From contig DAISIS010000001.1 in NCBI GenBank assembly GCA_036821925.1, forward strand, positions 1 to 39,028: 39,028 nucleotides of DNA. The letters run 5' to 3'. Under the pieces are notes generated by a model that was not told the origin of the DNA, did no database searches, and was given only the letters and a program-made list of their open reading frames with translations. The position numbers were made by a program, and so were the translations under genes. This stretch comes from Pirellulaceae bacterium (lineage in GTDB: Bacteria > Planctomycetota > Planctomycetia > Pirellulales > Pirellulaceae). Shown one piece after another: positions 9,353 to 16,558 of this stretch (position 1 is its first letter; every line of letters begins with the position of its first letter).

Positions 9353-10579
9353 TCATCCTCGGTCCAGCGCCTGGCGCAGGTCGGCGATCAGGTCCGCTGT
9401 GTCTTCGATGCCGCAGGAGAGTCGGATCATGTTGTCGGGGATGCCGAACCGGGCGCGTTCTTCCGGCGTGAGCGTGTGGTAACTCATTACGCAGGGCTGT
9501 TCGATCAGCGACTCGACGCCGCCCAGGCTCGGGCCGATGCGGGGCAGGCGGACGGCATCGACGACGTCGGCGGTGCGGCGCCAGTCGGCATCTTTCACCA
9601 GGAACGTGATCAGGCCGCCGTAGCCGCGCATGGTGCGACGCGCAATCTCGTGCTGCGGGTGCCCGGGCAGCCCCGGGTAGTAGACGTGCTCGATGCGCGG
9701 ATGCCCGGCCAGATACTCGGCCACCGCCTGCCCGTTCTGGTTGTGACGCTGCATGCGGAGTTCGAAGGTTTTCAGGCCGCGCTGCAGCAGGTAGAAATTG
9801 TGCGGCGCGTTGATCGAACCCATGATGCCGCGCAGCTTGCGCACCGGGTCGAGCGCCTCCTTGCTGCCGACGATGACGCCGGCCAGCAGGTCATTGTGTC
9901 CCGCCAGGTACTTGGTCGCCGAATGCAGCACGTAGTCGACGCCGTGCGCAATCGGCTGGACGTTGTAGGGAGTGGCCAGGGTGGCGTCAATGAGCGTTTC
10001 GACGCTGTGCCGCCGGCCGATGGCCACGAACTGCTCCAGGTCCACGACGCGCAGGTGCGGGTTGGTGGGGGATTCGCTCACCAGCAGCCGCGTGCGGGGA
10101 TTGATGGCCGCCTCCATGGCTGCGTAATCGCAGGCCTTCACCTGGTGGGTCACCACGCCGAAACGTGACAGGTGTTTGACACAGAACTCGCGGCTGCGGT
10201 GATAGCACTCGTCGAAAAACACCACTTCATCGCCCGCGTTGAGTTTCGCCATCAGCAGGCCGACGATGGCCGCCATGCCGGTGGCGTAGAGCACGGCGTC
10301 TGCGCCGCCGTCGAGTGCCGCGAGCTTCCGCTCGAGCACCCGTTCCCCGGGGTTGCCATAGCGGCCGTACTCTTCCCGGGGCAGCTCCTGTTCGACGAAG
10401 TCGATCACCGCCTGGGTGTCGGGAAACGTGTACGTTGCGGCGCACACGATCGGGTCGGTGATGGAATCCCCCATCTTCTGCCGCGCTTCCCCGGCGTGCA
10501 CGGCCAGCGTCGAGGGGCCGCAACCGGCGGGAAGTGGGGAATCACACGCCGTCTCAGCGGGCTTGGGCGAAGGTGCCAT
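9353..10579 (-). CDS. Cys/Met-metabolism PLP-dependent enzyme (cystathionine gamma-synthase-like)
   Basis: Contains STLAVHAGE, YGRYGNPG, HSATKYLAGHNDLLAG and GGVESLIEQP. I prefer ATG 10579 (MAPSPKP...). The track ORF starts at TTG 10777, but the extra 66 residues look non-protein-like. The stop is 4 nt before the next PLP gene. Confidence 0.88.
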   Translation of the reverse strand: MAPSPKPAETACDSPLPAGCGPSTLAVHAGEARQKMGDSITDPIVCAATYTFPDTQAVIDFVEQELPREEYGRYGNPGERVLERKLAALDGGADAVLYATGMAAIVGLLMAKLNAGDEVVFFDECYHRSREFCVKHLSRFGVVTHQVKACDYAAMEAAINPRTRLLVSESPTNPHLRVVDLEQFVAIGRRHSVETLIDATLATPYNVQPIAHGVDYVLHSATKYLAGHNDLLAGVIVGSKEALDPVRKLRGIMGSINAPHNFYLLQRGLKTFELRMQRHNQNGQAVAEYLAGHPRIEHVYYPGLPGHPQHEIARRTMRGYGGLITFLVKDADWRRTADVVDAVRLPRIGPSLGGVESLIEQPCVMSYHTLTPEERARFGIPDNMIRLSCGIEDTADLIADLRQALDRG

Positions 10580-10804
10580 GATGGTGCAGTGCTCCAGCGA
10601 ACTCGCAACAGGTGTCCCTCGGAGAAATGCGTCGCAGACGGCAGACACCAGCTGCGCCGTCTCCGGCTCGTGCCGCGACGGCTGCCTTCGCATGGTTTCG
10701 AGATCGCCCGCACACAAGAAACAAGAACGGTGGTCATGGCCGAGCGGGCGATGGCTCTTTAGCAGGTAAGGCTGCAAGCGGCCGCAAATCCCTGAACGGC
10801 CCCT

Positions 10805-10833
10805 ATTGTAGCGGGCCGCGGCGGCCGCGACAA
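10805..10833 (-). promoter_or_regulatory. candidate sigma-70-type promoter of the trans-sulfuration operon
   Basis: The minus strand reads TTGTCG (10833-10828), a 17-nt spacer, then TACAAT (10810-10805). This implies a leader of roughly 215 nt before ATG 10579. Confidence 0.35.
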
Positions 10834-10939
10834 CCGGCGGCGCCGGCGAGCGCCTGCCCGCGTGGTCTTCCTAACCGGTCATTCCGGCCCGCCGCCACCC
10901 GCCGCCGGCGGCTCGGCACCCCGAATCAGGCCCGTTTCC

Positions 10940-10969
10940 TGGACGTTTCCCGCAGCTGTCGTCTAGAAT
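10940..10969 (+). promoter_or_regulatory. candidate promoter of the 11012 gene
   Basis: TGGACG (10940-10945), an 18-nt spacer, then TAGAAT (10964-10969). This is about 45 nt upstream of ATG 11012. Confidence 0.3.
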
Positions 10970-11011
10970 ACTAAAACAGGATGCCGAGTGAATGCTGCCG
11001 GAGGAGCCTGC

Positions 11012-12181
11012 ATGGGTCGGATATCGAAACTGCTGCTGCTCACGTCGTCGCTCGCCGTCGCCTGCCTCGCCGGCTCCCGCGGGGACGCCGCGCCGGTGCC
11101 GGTCGAGGCCGCGCAGACGCCCAGCCCCGCTGCGCTGGTTCAGCAACTGGGCGACCCGCAGTTCGCCGTGCGCAAACGGGCCATGGAACAGCTGGTGACG
11201 CAGGGTGTGGCGGCCGCCGCCGCACTCGAAGAAGGGCTTCGGTCGACGGACCGGGAAGTGCGTTTTCGTAGCCAGCATGCGCTGAACATTATCCGCGAAC
11301 ACGATTTCCAGCGCCGCCTGCGCGTCTTTGCCGCCGGCCAGGACGCGCAGGAAACATACGAGCTGCCCGGCTGGGCGCTGTTCCGCAAAGAGGTGGGAGA
11401 TGGCCTCGAGGCGCGGCGGCTGTTTGTCGAAATGCAGCAGGCGGAACCGCAGCTCCTGCAGACCCTGGAACGCGCCCCCGACAAGGCCGTCGAGATGCTC
11501 GTGCAGCGGCTCGATGAGCTGCAACGCGAAGCCCGCGCAGGACAAAATCAGCTGTCTGTGTCGCTCGGCACCGTCGCCGCGCTGCTGTTCGTGTCCAATC
11601 AGGATCGCGCGGACTCCATCGGACTGGCCGTCCAGAACCTCGCCACGTTCTACCGGCAGGATGTGTTTGTCGCCGCCCTCGAGACGGGGTCCGAACGCGA
11701 AATCCTCCGCAAAATGCTCGGCGCCTGGATCGAAAAGGCACGCAGCTGGGATCGATTCCAGGCCATGCTCCTGGCCATCCAGTTCGACCTGCCCGAGGGA
11801 CTCACACCCGCCAAACATGTGCTGGCCGACGAGTCGCTCGACCCGAACCAGGCCGTCTACCGCGGCTTCGCACTCCAAACCATCGCCCGCTTCGGCGATG
11901 AGTCCCAGATCCCGGTCGTCGAGCCACTGCTGGATGACGCGTCCCCCTACGGCAGCAACACGCCCGCCTCCGCCAAAACCCGCTTCCAGACCCAGATTCG
12001 CGATATCGCCCTCGCCACCGTCGTCCACCTCGCCAAACAAGACCCCAAAGAGTTCGGCCTGACACGGCTCAAACCCAACTCTACCCAGGTGTTCAACACC
12101 AGTACGCTGGCCTTTGAAAATGATGCCAGCCGCGAGGAAGCGATCCGGAAATGGCGCGCCTTCCGCGCCACTCACCAGTGA
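11012..12181 (+). CDS. secreted hypothetical protein with N-terminal HEAT-like repeats
   Basis: GGAGGAG Shine-Dalgarno at 10999-11006 before ATG 11012. Signal peptide MGRISKLLLLTSSLAVACLAG. Contains DPQFAVRKRAMEQLV and STDREVRFRSQHAL (HEAT/PBS-lyase-like). Codon usage is good, while the antisense 454-aa ORF is Gly/Arg junk. Confidence 0.6.
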   Translation: MGRISKLLLLTSSLAVACLAGSRGDAAPVPVEAAQTPSPAALVQQLGDPQFAVRKRAMEQLVTQGVAAAAALEEGLRSTDREVRFRSQHALNIIREHDFQRRLRVFAAGQDAQETYELPGWALFRKEVGDGLEARRLFVEMQQAEPQLLQTLERAPDKAVEMLVQRLDELQREARAGQNQLSVSLGTVAALLFVSNQDRADSIGLAVQNLATFYRQDVFVAALETGSEREILRKMLGAWIEKARSWDRFQAMLLAIQFDLPEGLTPAKHVLADESLDPNQAVYRGFALQTIARFGDESQIPVVEPLLDDASPYGSNTPASAKTRFQTQIRDIALATVVHLAKQDPKEFGLTRLKPNSTQVFNTSTLAFENDASREEAIRKWRAFRATHQ

Positions 12182-12246
12182 CGCCCCCCGGCCCGCGCCC
12201 CCGTACGCCCCCCTGCCCCGGCCTCGCCCCCACACAGGCCCTCCCG

Positions 12247-12275
12247 TTGCACGGCACCAGGCCGTGAAATATAAA
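12247..12275 (+). promoter_or_regulatory. candidate sigma-70-type promoter of the sigma-54 activator gene
   Basis: TTGCAC (12247-12252), a 17-nt spacer, then TATAAA (12270-12275). This is about 45 nt upstream of GTG 12322. Confidence 0.4.
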
Positions 12276-12277
12276 GG
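12262..12277. promoter_or_regulatory. palindrome-family site, copy 1B (CCGTGAAATATAAAGG)
   Basis: Overlaps the spacer and -10 of the candidate promoter. Its left arm CCGTGAAATA is the perfect reverse complement of TATTTCACGG at 12291-12300. Confidence 0.4.
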
Positions 12278-12284
12278 CGGCTGG

Positions 12285-12300
12285 CCGTGCTATTTCACGG
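12285..12300. promoter_or_regulatory. palindrome-family site, copy 2B (CCGTGCTATTTCACGG)
   Basis: A 6-4-6 imperfect palindrome located around the predicted transcription start. Confidence 0.4.
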
Positions 12301-12321
12301 AATGCAAGCCGCGGGGCGGGA

Positions 12322-13917
12322 GTGGTGAGGGTGGATCGGTTTCGGGATGTTTTGCTGGCCGTCTGGCAGGAAGCGTGTCGGCACATTGACATGGGCGAGT
12401 CGACCAGGACGATTGCCGCCTTGTTGAGCCGGAGTTTGCCGCTGCAGCAGGTGCTTGTCCGGCGTTTCGATCTGCAGCATTCCTGTCTGGACACGGTGGC
12501 CTGGGGGGGTGTGGGCGCGGAGCTGTCGGCTGCCAGCCCGCGTACTCATTGCGGCACATCCGAGATGAAGCAGCTGCTGGCGTGGGCACGCACCGGGCGC
12601 GTGCTGCAACACACTCGTGGCGGTCGCCGGGCGGGCGAGCTGGCATTGCTCGTACCGGAGGACGTCGCAGGGGAGGTGCTGGTCGGGGCGATCGGCGGCG
12701 GGGAGCAGCCAGCCGGGGTGCTGGTGGTGGCGGCTGGCGCAGCGCGGGCGTTCCGGGATGAGCACGTGCAGATGGTGGCGTTGTTGCTGGAACCGTTCGC
12801 GGCGATCCTGGAGAACGATCGGCGGATACAGGAGCTGGCGACGCTGCGCGAAGCGGCCGAGGCCGATCGCCGGTCGCTGCTGTCGCGTTTGGGACGCAGT
12901 GACATGAGTGAGACGATTGTCGGGGCGGAATCCGGGCTGCGCGGCGTGATGGAGCGTGTGCACCTGGTGTCGCAGTCGGACGTGCCGGTGCTGATTCTGG
13001 GGGAGACCGGAACGGGCAAGGAGGTGGTTGCCCGGGCCATTCACAACCGTTCGACGCGCGGCGCGGGCCCGTTCATTCGGGTCAATTGTGGCGCGATTCC
13101 TTCGGAGCTGATCGACTCGCAGCTGTTCGGGCACGAGCGGGGCAGTTTCACCGGCGCTTCGGCCACGCGGCAGGGCTGGTTTGAGCGGGCGGACCGGGGG
13201 ACGCTCTTTCTGGACGAGATTGGAGAGCTGCCGCTCCCGGCGCAGGTTCGCTTGTTGCGCGTGCTGCAGGACGGGTACATTGAGCGTGTAGGAGGGCACC
13301 AGCTGATCCACGTGGATGTCCGGATGGTGGCGGCCACGCATCGCGACCTGCCGGGCATGGTGCGCGACGGCAAGTTCCGTGAGGATCTGTGGTACCGCAT
13401 CGCCGTGTTCCCGATCCGCCTCCCGCGGCTTAACGAGCGGCAGGAAGACATACCGGCGCTGGCGCGGCATTTTGCCCGGCGCGCCGCGCAGCGGTTCGGG
13501 CTGACGTGCGTCGATCCGACGCCGGACGACATCCGTCTGCTGGCAGACTACGCGTGGCCGGGCAACATTCGTGAACTTGGCGCGGTGATCGATCGCGCGG
13601 CGATACTTGGGGACGGCCGCTCGCTGGAAATCGCCACCGCCTTGGGGGCCGGCGCCGCGCTGGGGCCGCTGGGGGACCTGGCGGGCGGGCGCGGAGCGGG
13701 TGCCGCGGACCTGCCGGCCGCCGCGGCCCCCCCGATCACTACGCTCGACACGGCGATGTGCCAGCACATCGAGCGAGCGCTGGTGGCCACCCGCGGTCGG
13801 ATCGAGGGGCGTTATGGGGCCGCGTATCTGCTGGGGATCAACCCGCACACGCTGCGGGCCCGCATGCGCAAGTTGCAGGTCGATTGGCGGCGTTTCCGCA
13901 CGCCGGGTGCGGGATGA
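12322..13917 (+). CDS. sigma-54-dependent transcriptional activator (GAF sensor - AAA+ - Fis-type HTH)
   Basis: N-terminal ~170-aa GAF-like domain. Walker A GETGTGKEVVARAIH, sigma-54 contact loop QLFGHERGSFTGA, Walker B GTLFLDEIGEL, FREDLWYRIAVFPIRLPRLNERQEDI, and a C-terminal HTH AAYLLGINPHTLRARMRKL. There is no receiver domain. The exact GTG start (12322, 12325 or 12331) is uncertain. Confidence 0.92.
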   Translation: MVRVDRFRDVLLAVWQEACRHIDMGESTRTIAALLSRSLPLQQVLVRRFDLQHSCLDTVAWGGVGAELSAASPRTHCGTSEMKQLLAWARTGRVLQHTRGGRRAGELALLVPEDVAGEVLVGAIGGGEQPAGVLVVAAGAARAFRDEHVQMVALLLEPFAAILENDRRIQELATLREAAEADRRSLLSRLGRSDMSETIVGAESGLRGVMERVHLVSQSDVPVLILGETGTGKEVVARAIHNRSTRGAGPFIRVNCGAIPSELIDSQLFGHERGSFTGASATRQGWFERADRGTLFLDEIGELPLPAQVRLLRVLQDGYIERVGGHQLIHVDVRMVAATHRDLPGMVRDGKFREDLWYRIAVFPIRLPRLNERQEDIPALARHFARRAAQRFGLTCVDPTPDDIRLLADYAWPGNIRELGAVIDRAAILGDGRSLEIATALGAGAALGPLGDLAGGRGAGAADLPAAAAPPITTLDTAMCQHIERALVATRGRIEGRYGAAYLLGINPHTLRARMRKLQVDWRRFRTPGAG

Positions 13918-14014
13918 GACGGCCGCCGGCAGCGCGCGACGGGCGCGTCCACGGGTGCCGGGCAGGTTCCAGTCCGGGCCGGCCGCGGCCGGGCACGAAA
14001 AACGAGGTACTGCC

Positions 14015-15727
14015 ATGGATCACGAACGTAACGACGATTCGCGACACGCAGCCCGCGGACCGGAAGCGGGTCCTGCCGAGGACCCGGCACACGACCGCGG
14101 CAGGACGACGTGGAGGGGCTGTCTGCGCCGCGGCGGCACGCTGATCTGGATGCTGGTGGTCGGCGGTTCGCTGGCCGGCATGGTGGTGTTGTGGGTCCAG
14201 CGCGGAGAAGTCGACTACGCGACAGCCAATGTGCTGACCATGTTCCTGGCGTTCGTCGTGGTGATCGCGCTGGTCGCACGCATGTCCCTGCGGCGGGGCG
14301 CCCACTGGGTCACCCGCTGGTTGCCCATCGGCGGTGTGCTGCTGGCCATGCTGGCGGCGTTCACGCTGCGCGTCGACCGCATCTCGGGGCGGCTGGTGCC
14401 CCGGCTGACCTGGCGGTGGGCGGCGAAGCCAGATCAGTTGTTGGACATCCCGGTCATCGACGTGCGCGAGCCGGTCGACATGCTGACCACGACGCCGGGC
14501 GATTTCCCCCAGTTCCTGGGGCCGCAGCGAAACCTCGTGGTGACGGGCATCGCGCTGGAACGCGACTGGACCACGCATCGGCCGAAACAGTTGTGGCGGC
14601 AGCCGATCGGCGCCGGATGGTCCGGTTTCACGGCGGTCAACGGCTGCGCGGTCACCTTGGAGCAACGCGGTCCCGAGGAACTCGTGACGTGTTACGAGGT
14701 GACGACCGGGCGGTTGCGATGGGCGCATGCGTGGGCTACGCGGTACGAAACGATGTCGGGCGGTGTCGGCCCGCGGAGCACGCCGACGATTGCCGACGGC
14801 CTGGTCTATGCGTTGGGGGCCACGGGGGTACTGCGCTGCCTGGACGGCGCGACTGGCACGCTGGTGTGGAGCGATGACATTCTGCAACGCTTCGATCTCA
14901 CGCCCGAAGAGGACCGGCAGGCAGTCACCTGGGGCCGGTCGGCTTCGCCGCTGGTGGTCGAGGACCTGGTGATTGTCCCGCATGGCGGGCCGCGGAACGG
15001 GCCCTGGCGTTCGCTCTGCGCCTACGACAAGCGGACCGGCGCAGTGCGCTGGACCGGCGGCGAGTGGCAGGTCAGCTACGCATCGCCATCACTGGCGCGC
15101 CTGTGCGGGGTACTGCAGGTGCTGAGCGTCAACCAGGCAGCGGTCAGTGGGCACCGGCTGGAGGACGGGGAGGTGCTGTGGTCGTGCCCGTGGCCGGGCA
15201 AGAGCACCGCCGATGCGACGGTGCCGCAGGCTGTGGCGGTGTCTGACAATCGCCTGTTGTTGTCCAAGGGCTACGGAGTGCGGGCCAGGCTGCTCGAACT
15301 GATGCTGTCGGCCGAGGGGGCGTGGCAAGTGACTGAGGTCTGGGCGCAACCCGTGCTGAAGACCAAATTCACGAACGTGGCGGTACAGGACCAGTTCGCC
15401 TACGCCCTGTCGGACGGGATTCTCGAGTGTGTGGAAGTGGACACCGGCAGACGTCGCTGGCGGGACCGCCGCGGCGACTATGGACCGGGTCAGATTCTGC
15501 TCGTCGGCGACGTGATCCTGGTCCAGGCGGAATCGGGCGAGGTGGTTATGGTCGAGGCGAACCCGGACCGACTGGTCGAACTGGGCCGCATCCCGGCCTT
15601 GACCGACCAGACGTGGAACAACCTGTGTCTTTACGATCATTACCTGCTGGTGCGGAACTCGGTGGAAGCGGCCTGCTACGATCTGCCGCTCCGGACCGCG
15701 TCGGACGCGCCGGACGCAGCGAGGTGA
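14015..15727 (+). CDS. membrane-anchored PQQ-like (BamB-type) beta-propeller repeat protein
   Basis: GAGG lies 7 nt before ATG 14015. The track ORF start at 13607 overlaps the preceding gene. There are about 3 N-terminal TM helices. Repeated blade motifs follow: YEVTTGRLRWAH, LDGATGTLVWSD, YDKRTGAVRWTG, LEDGEVLWSC, VDTGRRRWRD. Confidence 0.85.
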   Translation: MDHERNDDSRHAARGPEAGPAEDPAHDRGRTTWRGCLRRGGTLIWMLVVGGSLAGMVVLWVQRGEVDYATANVLTMFLAFVVVIALVARMSLRRGAHWVTRWLPIGGVLLAMLAAFTLRVDRISGRLVPRLTWRWAAKPDQLLDIPVIDVREPVDMLTTTPGDFPQFLGPQRNLVVTGIALERDWTTHRPKQLWRQPIGAGWSGFTAVNGCAVTLEQRGPEELVTCYEVTTGRLRWAHAWATRYETMSGGVGPRSTPTIADGLVYALGATGVLRCLDGATGTLVWSDDILQRFDLTPEEDRQAVTWGRSASPLVVEDLVIVPHGGPRNGPWRSLCAYDKRTGAVRWTGGEWQVSYASPSLARLCGVLQVLSVNQAAVSGHRLEDGEVLWSCPWPGKSTADATVPQAVAVSDNRLLLSKGYGVRARLLELMLSAEGAWQVTEVWAQPVLKTKFTNVAVQDQFAYALSDGILECVEVDTGRRRWRDRRGDYGPGQILLVGDVILVQAESGEVVMVEANPDRLVELGRIPALTDQTWNNLCLYDHYLLVRNSVEAACYDLPLRTASDAPDAAR

Positions 15728-15730
15728 CCT

Positions 15731-16537
15731 ATGGCAGCGGCAGCACCGGGGCCCGATGCCACGCGCTTGGACGGCAAGACAGCCGTGGTGACGGGTGCTT
15801 CGAGCGGGATTGGGCGGGCCATTGCGCGGGAACTGGCGTTGGCCGGCGCTGATGTCGTCGTGCATGCGCGCGCCAGTCACGCGCAGCTGGACCGGGTGGC
15901 GGACGAAGTGCGCGCGACCGGCCGTCGTGCGTACGCGATCCTGGCGGATCTGGCCCCCGCGCCGGCGCTTGGGGCGCTGGTCGAGCAGGCCTGGACGTGG
16001 GCCGGCGACATCCAGATCTGGGTCAACAACGCGGGGGGCGACGTGTTGACCGGCTCCGCGGCCAAATGGCCCTTTGAACAGAAGCTGGAGTATCTCTGGC
16101 AAGTGGACGTGCGAGGGACCATCCTGTTGTCTCGTGAGGTGGGGCGGCGAATGATTGAGCGAGCAGGGGATGAGCGGGACCGGTGCATTCTGAACATGGG
16201 CTGGGACCAGGTGGAAGGGGGCATGGCGGGTGACAGCGGCGAGATGTTTGCAGCCGTCAAAGGGGCGGTGATGGCTTTCAGCCGGAGTCTGGCCCGCTCG
16301 CTGGCACCGGCCGTGCGCGTGAACTGTCTGGCACCCGGCTGGATCCGCACGGCCTGGGGTCAGGACGCTGCGGTGCACTGGCAGGAACGCGCGCGGCGGG
16401 AGTCCTTGCTGCAGCGGTGGGGTGCGCCGGAGGATGTGGCCCGTGTGGCCCGCTGCCTGGTGTCGCCGGCCAGCAGCTTCGTCACTGGCCAGGTGATTCC
16501 GGTCAACGGCGGTTTTGCCGGGTCCGTCGCGGATTGA
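15731..16537 (+). CDS. short-chain dehydrogenase/reductase-fold protein with non-canonical active-site motifs
   Basis: Cofactor motif VVTGASSGIGRAIA, NNAG and a C-terminal VTGQVIPVNGG. The YxxxK position reads FAAVK, and the usual Ser block reads NMGWDQ. GAGGTG Shine-Dalgarno. The ATG is 3 nt after the upstream stop. Confidence 0.88.
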   Translation: MAAAAPGPDATRLDGKTAVVTGASSGIGRAIARELALAGADVVVHARASHAQLDRVADEVRATGRRAYAILADLAPAPALGALVEQAWTWAGDIQIWVNNAGGDVLTGSAAKWPFEQKLEYLWQVDVRGTILLSREVGRRMIERAGDERDRCILNMGWDQVEGGMAGDSGEMFAAVKGAVMAFSRSLARSLAPAVRVNCLAPGWIRTAWGQDAAVHWQERARRESLLQRWGAPEDVARVARCLVSPASSFVTGQVIPVNGGFAGSVAD

Positions 16538-16558
16538 GGTGGAGACAGGCGGTGCGTC

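Noticed and set aside
8131-9471. 446-aa plus-strand ORF (and 9260-10168, 302 aa)
   Set aside because: Both are antisense to the two PLP enzymes, whose HSATKYL(G/A)GH lysine motifs are on the minus strand.
10580-10777. TTG-initiated 66-residue extension of the cystathionine-gamma-synthase-like ORF
   Set aside because: The sequence MQPYLLKSHRPLGHDHRSCFLCAGD... has no counterpart in the family, and the region is better explained as a 5' leader. It is kept as an alternative in the leader finding.
10871-12235. 454-aa minus-strand ORF
   Set aside because: The composition is Gly/Arg/Ala-rich and low-complexity. The plus-strand gene has an SD, a signal peptide and HEAT-like repeats.
13607-14014. 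Upstream extension of the propeller ORF
   Set aside because: It overlaps the 3' third of the activator gene and has Arg/Pro/Trp-rich composition. ATG 14015 has a GAGG SD.
12295-14016. 573-aa minus-strand ORF
   Set aside because: It is antisense to the sigma-54 activator, whose AAA+ motifs are unambiguous on the plus strand.
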